32,000 nt of DNA from Vibrio vulnificus CMCP6 (lineage in GTDB: Bacteria; Pseudomonadota; Gammaproteobacteria; Enterobacterales; Vibrionaceae): assembly GCF_000039765.1 (NCBI RefSeq), contig NC_004460.2:450001-482000 (forward strand), in the 5' to 3' direction. The notes under the pieces were generated by a model that made no database searches, had not been told where the DNA came from, and saw only the letters and a list, made by a program, of their open reading frames with translations. A program made the translations under genes and the position numbers. This document shows, one piece after another, positions 1 through 4,906 of this stretch; the first letter of the stretch is position 1; every line of letters starts with the position of its first letter.

Positions 1-327
1 GCGTAAAACATTGGCTGTTGCGGCTGGGTATCGTTCACGCCGGCTTTTATTGCAGGGGAGTCCTCTTTGGCACATAAACCATGCGGGTCTACCCACATCA
101 CCGGATTGGGGGCATATTGATAATGGTTTATACCGCCTAAAAGCCCAATCGGGTCTGGCTGAATAAAGCGTCCTGTTCTTGGATCGTAGTAACGGGCAAG
201 GTTGTAGTGTAGCCCTGTTTCCGCATCGTGATATTGCCCTTGAAAACGGAGTGGGTTGCCAACGCTCTCCACCTCAATGTGTGCACGTCCGTATGTGTCG
301 TAACGTGCTTGCCAAACAACGGAGCCA
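1..327 (-). pseudogene. Orphan 5'-truncated rhs fragment: end of the Rhs core including the DPxGL demarcation motif, then the start of a toxin tip that runs off the left window edge
   Basis: nt 1-327 are colinear with nt 5880-6205 of the full-length rhs; I saw no indels and only scattered substitutions. My translation: NGSVVWQARYDTYGRAHIEVESVGNPLRFQGQYHDAETGLHYNLARYYDPRTGRFIQPDPIGLLGGINHYQYAPNPVMWVDPHGLCAKEDSPAIKAGVNDTQPQQPMFYA-. There is an in-frame TGA at 348-350 and no start codon at the homology boundary. Confidence 0.8.
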
Positions 328-487
328 TTGACAGTAACGCAGAGTACTCATCTCAAAAACTAACTATTTGGGGACTTTTGAGGTTGGATGACAAACGTTA
401 AAGCTAAGCCCGCCAACCGACTTAGCAGACTTTGCGGCATTCATGTTGTTTGAGAGTAGAAGTTATTAGATATTAACAAATAAGTCA

Positions 488-829
488 TTATTCGTTGTTC
501 AAGCTTTCGATTTCATCAGCAAGGGCTTGATCCCACTCGAAGTCAATATTGAAACTTCCTGAGGGGTCGAGGCTAAATGTAGCTCTGTTCCAATTGTTAT
601 CAGTTCCACTTGTTACTGCATGAAGCTCTTCAAATGCTTCAAATATTTCAAAAGGAACATCGAAATATTTTGGCTGTTCAGGTGATAAGGTTGGAATGTA
701 TTCACTTTGAAATTCGATAGAACCCTCTGTAAGTTCTGCTCGAATTATTGAGATTGACCAATCATCATCTATAGAATTGACAATTGATTGAGCTATGGTT
801 AAGTACAAATTTTCTACGCTATTTTCCAT
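488..829 (-). CDS. Putative immunity protein for the orphan nuclease tip (YezG/DUF600-like)
   Basis: 113-aa acidic ORF. Its ATG (829) overlaps the last 11 nt of the upstream toxin ORF (stop at 819). The patterns IDDDWSISIIRAEL and W-NRATFSLDPSGSFNIDFEWD resemble the YezG/DUF600 immunity family that partners YeeF/EsaD-class nucleases. This is a recalled family pattern, not a search result. Confidence 0.6.
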   Translation of the reverse strand: MENSVENLYLTIAQSIVNSIDDDWSISIIRAELTEGSIEFQSEYIPTLSPEQPKYFDVPFEIFEAFEELHAVTSGTDNNWNRATFSLDPSGSFNIDFEWDQALADEIESLNNE

Positions 830-1718
830 TGGGCATATTCCTTAAAAAACGCTTCACTTTTTTACCATCAATTTCATATATTATTTCAAATGCAGTGGGC
901 CTTTTGCTTTCGCCTTTAAAAATCGAGTTTATCTCAACTTTAACTTCTTTAGGTGGGTTTCCACTAAGTGCTTCCGCCCATTTATTTTCCATCCGTTTCC
1001 AAGCACCTTTGTTTAAGTTGCCATTCATCGCTGCATAGTTTATTTGCTCACCAGGACCTTTAAAGATTGATGCGATAAGGTGACCGCCTTCATCATCAAC
1101 TAGGCCATCCTTAATACCATCTGTTTTCCCAGCTTTGCTTTGCTGATAAGTGTTTCTATCTACTTTGTTGAGTTCGAGTTTACCAGAAACGGATTTCACT
1201 CTGCCAAGTTCATCCGTTTTATATGAGTAAGAGCCCACTTTATACGTTGCGTTTGCTTCAAGTTTGCCATTGAGAGCCTTGTTCCATCCACCTTTGCTTC
1301 CTTGATCTAATTCAATTGTATGCGAAGTTGCCCCCGGCAACTCACTCCCTTTCGGTGCGTCCAGTTGTTTGGCAACTGATGTTAGGCTATCACCTCCCTT
1401 TGCTACTGTCTCCGTAGCTACATTTAGTGCTTTATTGCCATATTTTGCTGCTGTCACTCCCTGCCCAACGATTGGCAAGCCAGACAATAAAGACAAGCCA
1501 CTATTCAAAAAGTCGCCGCGCAGCGCATACAGCCCCGCATTAATTAAATCCGCTACAATGCCAATTCCAGGAGCCATACCGGCACCATCAAGCGCCAAGT
1601 GTATTGCCTCAAGTGCAGCACCTTTGTATTCATCTGGCGCTATGGCATGTAACTGATAAGTCGGGCTGGCTGTTTTCACCGCACTGGCGTAATTGCCTGA
1701 GCCCATCGCGTAAAACAT
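819..1718 (-). CDS. Orphan Rhs C-terminal toxin module with an Endonuclease_NS_2 / His-Me finger-like DNase domain
   Basis: 299-aa ORF. The first 29 aa (MFYAMGSGNYASAVKTASPTYQLHAIAPD) are near-identical to Rhs residues 1151-1179. The C-terminus reads DDEGGHLIASIFKGPGEQINYAAMNGNLNKGAWKRMENKWAEAL...KEVKVEINSIFKGESKRPTAFEIIYEIDGK. This matches the D-GGHLIA / N-LN-G-W-x-MEN-W / RP-x-F-x-Y-IDG pattern of YeeF/EsaD-type nucleases (PF13930 as I recall it). An in-frame TAA lies 3 codons upstream of the ATG. Confidence 0.75.
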   Translation of the reverse strand: MFYAMGSGNYASAVKTASPTYQLHAIAPDEYKGAALEAIHLALDGAGMAPGIGIVADLINAGLYALRGDFLNSGLSLLSGLPIVGQGVTAAKYGNKALNVATETVAKGGDSLTSVAKQLDAPKGSELPGATSHTIELDQGSKGGWNKALNGKLEANATYKVGSYSYKTDELGRVKSVSGKLELNKVDRNTYQQSKAGKTDGIKDGLVDDEGGHLIASIFKGPGEQINYAAMNGNLNKGAWKRMENKWAEALSGNPPKEVKVEINSIFKGESKRPTAFEIIYEIDGKKVKRFLRNMPNGK

Positions 1719-1727
1719 TGGCTTTTA
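1633..1727. repeat. About 95-nt homology block shared with the main rhs (5805-5899)
   Basis: Eye alignment of tctggcgctatggcatgtaactgataagtcgggctggctgttttcacc[g/a]cactggcgtaattgcctgagcccatcgcgtaaaacat[t/c]ggct[t/g]tt gives 3 substitutions. The sequences diverge completely on both sides. Confidence 0.85.
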
Positions 1728-1822
1728 CATCGCAGCTGACACAGAGATCACCTATGCTGGACGCTTATAGCTTTTATGGACGAGACGATGACCTTAGTCG
1801 ACAAGGTTTCTTCAAACTGCCG

Positions 1823-2038
1823 GGTACTAAGATCGCCTCTTTGAGAAAGGAACCGTAGATAACGCAGGTGCAGCTTTCAGAGAACCTGGGGATTTCCCAG
1901 CAGTACATGCAGGCATTTGAAGCTGGCCGCAGGAAAGTACCTTCATCCAAACAGCTAAAGCAGGTGGAACAGATCAGTTATTTGCCGAAGGCGAAACAGA
2001 AATTTGTGATGGATATGCGGTATACGGTGATACTGTAA
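1823..2038 (+). pseudogene. XRE/Cro-C1-type helix-turn-helix regulator remnant with an in-frame amber codon
   Basis: One plus-strand frame reads GTKIASLRKEP*ITQVQLSENLGISQQYMQAFEAGRRKVPSSKQLKQVEQISYLPKAKQKFVMDMRYTVIL*. The TAG is at 1856-1858 and the TAA at 2036-2038. This is the classic pattern (I-x-x-LR-x-x-x-x-x-TQ-x-x-L-x-x-x-LG-I/V-S-x-x-x-x-x-x-x-E-x-G), broken by a stop where a Gly is normally found. Confidence 0.5.
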
Positions 2039-2115
2039 CAGATGTGGAAAGCCCCACCACTGGATTCAAACGCTGGGGCTTAGGATTGTATTAAAATAAA
2101 GACAGGTTATCTATT

Positions 2116-2595
2116 TTATCGTTCAACTTTCAACAAGTAATCGTATTCACCAAAATTAGGATATTTATCATAATTCCCACTTACGTCTGTCGAAGAGTTC
2201 ACTTCTGCGAGACTTTGCGGGTTAAATGATTGTTTTCTTATTATGAGCTGACCGCTCTCATTAAAAATATACGAGTTACCCAACTTCACTTGATCCTTAT
2301 CACCGTCAAAATATCGATGTGTAGCCATTGATAAAAATAACTTTCCTAGCTCAACTTCTTTGAAATGATAGGACAGACTTTCCCTTAACAAGTCATCTAA
2401 AAAAGTAACGCCAACAAAGCGTGTACTCCCTGCTACATCAATAACAGCATAAGGCCGCTCACGATCATTCACCAATACAGTATATGTTCTGCATTCATCG
2501 TGCGCTTGCCTTGCTTGCTCTTCACTCCACATTTCAGTTGGACGCTTTTTCGACCAAAACCAAGACTTGCAATAAAAATAGTTAAATTTGTTCAT
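2116..2595 (-). CDS. Hypothetical 159-aa protein; candidate orphan immunity gene
   Basis: Intact ORF (MNKFNYFYCKSWFWSKKRPTEMW...). It starts 2 nt after the stop of a short open frame that looks like a toxin 3' remnant. I recognise no family; the assignment rests on context only. Confidence 0.4.
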   Translation of the reverse strand: MNKFNYFYCKSWFWSKKRPTEMWSEEQARQAHDECRTYTVLVNDRERPYAVIDVAGSTRFVGVTFLDDLLRESLSYHFKEVELGKLFLSMATHRYFDGDKDQVKLGNSYIFNESGQLIIRKQSFNPQSLAEVNSSTDVSGNYDKYPNFGEYDYLLKVER

Positions 2596-2597
2596 AC

Positions 2598-2699
2598 TTA
2601 ATAAATCCTGCCATCTATATCCCTAATAACTACACCAGCATTATCTGCGGCGTCTATTGTGATTTGCGATATCGGGTTATTCTGAACTGGAACCTCAAG
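2598..2699 (-). pseudogene. 3' remnant of an upstream gene (possibly a toxin C-terminus), cut at the IS boundary
   Basis: The frame is open from the IS left end: LEVPVQNNPISQITIDAADNAGVVIRDIDGRIY*. Its stop (TAA, 2598-2600) lies 2 nt before the ATG of the 159-aa ORF. There is no start codon. Confidence 0.35.
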
Positions 2700-2701
2700 A
2701 A

Positions 2702-2719
2702 GGCTTTGTTGCGTAATTC
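2702..2719. repeat. IS terminal inverted repeat (left)
   Basis: GGCTTTGTTGCGTAATTC pairs with 3736-3753. Confidence 0.85.
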
Positions 2720-2755
2720 AGTACAAAAGTAAAGCGACTTCATTTTGCGCTTTTT

Positions 2756-3674
2756 TTAGCCAATACGACAAGTTTTAGGCATACCTAACCCTGTAAGCTT
2801 GTTTAACGCTTTTATCATGGCGTAAGTCTCACCAACCTGAGCGTTGTAGTCTCTCAGACTTAATTTTCCACCTAGCAACTGCTTCACCCTATACATCGCT
2901 GTTTCTGACAGAGAACGCTTGTGGTAACCATACCTCTGTTTCCAGTGTTTATTTGAACCATACAATTTCTGGCAGGCCACACCAAGATTTCGGGGGTGAC
3001 CTCGCTCCCAGAATGCGGCTCCGTCTCGTGGAGGAATGAGTGCGACTGCTCGCTTTATACGGATAGCTTCGTAACAGGCCTTGGTGTCATAAGCACCGTC
3101 ACCTGATATTTCAACGATCTTTCTGCGTGTTTGCTTAAGTAGATTTGGCAGCACTTCAGCATCAGTCACGTTCGATAAACTCAATTCCGCAGCGATAATT
3201 TCGTGGGTATTCGTATCAACGGCAAGATGAAGCTTTCGCCAAACTCTACGCTTACCGTCTGTGCCATGCTTTTTGACTTTCCATTCCCCTTCGCCGTAAA
3301 CCTTGAGACCAGTAGCATCGATGGCCAAATGTCTTATCACACCATACGTTTGAGGTTTGAATGACACTTCAACCTGTTTAGCTCGGCGACTGATACAGAT
3401 GTAATGTGGACACTGCTATGGAACACGAGCAAGCAGAAATACGGAGTCAATGAATCCTTGCAGAGTTCGTAACGGCATTGAAAAGATGCTTCATCATCAA
3501 CGCAGTTGTGATCGCCAGGTCGCTAAAGAAACGAGGTCTTCCACGCTTTTTTTGTTTGCTTTGTTTCCACTCTCTTATCGCTTCTTCATCAATCCAGAAA
3601 ATGAGTGAACCACGGTTGATTAAGGCTTTGTTGTACTGTTTCCAGTTCGTTGTTTTGTAGCGAGGTTTCGGCAT
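2756..3674 (-). pseudogene. IS903-like DDE transposase, disrupted by a frameshift and an in-frame stop
   Basis: The N-terminal piece (3447-3674) reads YKTTNWKQYNKALINRGSLIFWIDEEAI...RGRPRFFSDLAITTALMMKHLF. The C-terminal piece (2756-3367) reads IDATGLKVYGEGEWKVKKHG...WRKLHLAVD...GDGAYDT...SETAMYRVKQLLGG. The two pieces are in different frames, with the shift near 3478. The continuing frame reads MPLRTLQGFIDSVFLLARVP*QCPHY, with a TAG at 3416-3418. Confidence 0.8.
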
Positions 3675-3735
3675 GAGACTAGGGGAATAAACTTACTTAA
3701 CCGATCAGATCGTAACCTTCTGATTTAGTTCCCTC

Positions 3736-3753
3736 GAATTACGCAACAAAGTC
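3736..3753. repeat. IS terminal inverted repeat (right)
   Basis: GAATTACGCAACAAAGTC is the reverse complement of GACTTTGTTGCGTAATTC. Confidence 0.85.
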
Positions 3754-3808
3754 AATTGGCCCCTTAATTACTTCAAGCAACGAACTCAAACTATTATTAT
3801 TGCTCATC

Positions 3809-4318
3809 TCACTTATATTGCTCACCCAGTTTTTTCAACAAGTCCAAAAAACCGAGATCATAAAGAAAATGGTAGCTAAACGAAATTCGTGTAGGCATAT
3901 AAGAGTTACCAACATCCAACGGACTTTGACGTGAGAGATTGACAAGATGATAACCTTGTGTCGCCGCTTGTACACAAAGCATTTCTCCGTCGACATCCTC
4001 ATCGGCACTGGTCATCGCTCCCGCATGTAAGCCGCCGGCCGCCGGCGGCTTGCGGAACTCCTCTAGCGCTTTGGGGAACCAGCTAAGAACCCTGAGAGGA
4101 AAGTCGAATTGTTTGCAATAATATTGATGCGTTTTTAAGTTCCTATACGCTGTCAAGATTGATAAATAATTATCTCGTTTCACAAGTACATATAAGTCTT
4201 CCGCCTCAGTAGTGTCCAATAGACGACCTATTTCAATGGCGCCCGTTGGCAACTGATCATGCTGAGTAATCGTTGGTAAAGCGGGTTGTACCGGGTATTT
4301 TTGTATGTCGTAGCTCAT
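3809..4318 (-). CDS. Hypothetical 169-aa protein; candidate orphan immunity gene
   Basis: Intact ORF (MSYDIQKYPVQPALPTITQHDQ...). Its ATG overlaps (ATGA) the stop of a 52-codon start-less open frame upstream. I recognise no family. Confidence 0.4.
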   Translation of the reverse strand: MSYDIQKYPVQPALPTITQHDQLPTGAIEIGRLLDTTEAEDLYVLVKRDNYLSILTAYRNLKTHQYYCKQFDFPLRVLSWFPKALEEFRKPPAAGGLHAGAMTSADEDVDGEMLCVQAATQGYHLVNLSRQSPLDVGNSYMPTRISFSYHFLYDLGFLDLLKKLGEQYK

Positions 4319-4470
4319 AACGGTTGAAGATCCTTAATAATGATGACAATAGCATCAGCGTCGTGTAATTCTTTTAAATTAACAGTCTTACGCTCAAAAT
4401 TCAGCGTTTCTACCGCGCCGAACTGCTTCGCACTATTAGGGTTAAGCTCTTTCGTCAAGCCGTTACCCAC
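4315..4470 (-). pseudogene. Short open frame, possibly the 3' remnant of a displaced toxin gene
   Basis: My translation is (V)GNGLTKELNPNSAKQFGAVETLNFERKTVNLKELHDADAIVIIIKDLQPL*. It has no ATG (GTG at 4468-4470 at best). Its TGA overlaps the ATG of the 169-aa ORF, which is the typical geometry of a toxin-immunity junction. Confidence 0.3.
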
Positions 4471-4475
4471 GTAAT

Positions 4476-4904
4476 CTACCTTTTTATAGCAGTTCCTTTA
4501 ATGATGATCTCCTCATCTATTTGCTCAATTGATTCTAAAGAGTCGACGACATAACTAGCTACGTCATTATCTTCATCAAAAACAATACCAAGAATATCGA
4601 ACTTATGGTAAGCATAAAGATAGTCATAGAGATATGAGCCCTCGATATCGATGAACTCCAGTAATGATGGATAATTTGTTGCTCCAGGATACGGAGGATC
4701 GAATTCACCAGTGATTTGGTCATCTTCTTTAAGATCTTCAACACCGTCATCGTACAAAGGGGTCAATTTTTCTAATAATTCGCTTTTAACTATTTTTATT
4801 TCGTAGGATAAAGTCTGTAAGCCTTGCCCTTTTCCAAAGCTTAACTGGCAAAAAGTCATCGCATTAGAATCTATGTTATTTTTATTTACTTTAAGCGAAA
4901 TCAT
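4476..4904 (-). CDS. Putative cognate immunity protein of the Rhs nucleotidyltransferase-like tip
   Basis: 142-aa, strongly acidic ORF. It starts 2 nt after the rhs stop (rhs TAA at 4907-4909, ATG at 4902-4904). It is AT-rich like the toxin tip. I recognise no family. Confidence 0.6.
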   Translation of the reverse strand: MISLKVNKNNIDSNAMTFCQLSFGKGQGLQTLSYEIKIVKSELLEKLTPLYDDGVEDLKEDDQITGEFDPPYPGATNYPSLLEFIDIEGSYLYDYLYAYHKFDILGIVFDEDNDVASYVVDSLESIEQIDEEIIIKGTAIKR

Positions 4905-4906
4905 TT

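Larger units (their letters stand above)
2702..3753 (-). mobile_element. IS5-family, IS903-group insertion sequence (1052 bp) with a decayed transposase
   Basis: Terminal inverted repeats are GGCTTTGTTGCGTAATTC (2702-2719) and GACTTTGTTGCGTAATTC (reverse complement of 3736-3753), 17/18 identical. The internal ORFs match IS903-type DDE transposase motifs. Size is close to IS903 (about 1.06 kb from memory). Confidence 0.85.

Noticed and set aside
137-328. The 63-aa ORF here and the 84-aa ORF at 6016-6270 have near-identical products, suggesting a duplicated small gene
   Set aside because: Both are out-of-frame readings of the duplicated rhs core DNA. The correct frame gives the RYYDP...DPIGL...DPHGL Rhs signature. 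Their similarity only reflects the DNA repeat.
403-426. Hairpin GCTAAG-N12-CTTAGC downstream of the orphan immunity gene as an intrinsic terminator; likewise AGCCCCA-N17-TGGGGCT at 2050-2080 between the convergent HTH remnant and the 159-aa ORF
   Set aside because: The stems are only 6-7 bp, the loops are large, and no clean U-tract follows on the relevant strand. This is too weak to call.
3416-3480. Possible programmed ribosomal frameshift joining the two transposase ORFs
   Set aside because: IS903-group transposases are single ORFs. In addition to the frame change there is an in-frame TAG (3416-3418) in the continuing frame, so decay is the simpler explanation.
4559-4750. 63-aa ORF nested in the 142-aa immunity gene in another frame
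   Set aside because: It lies fully inside a better-supported ORF that is translationally coupled to rhs. Its low-complexity, Ile/Leu-rich product is typical of AT-rich out-of-frame reading.
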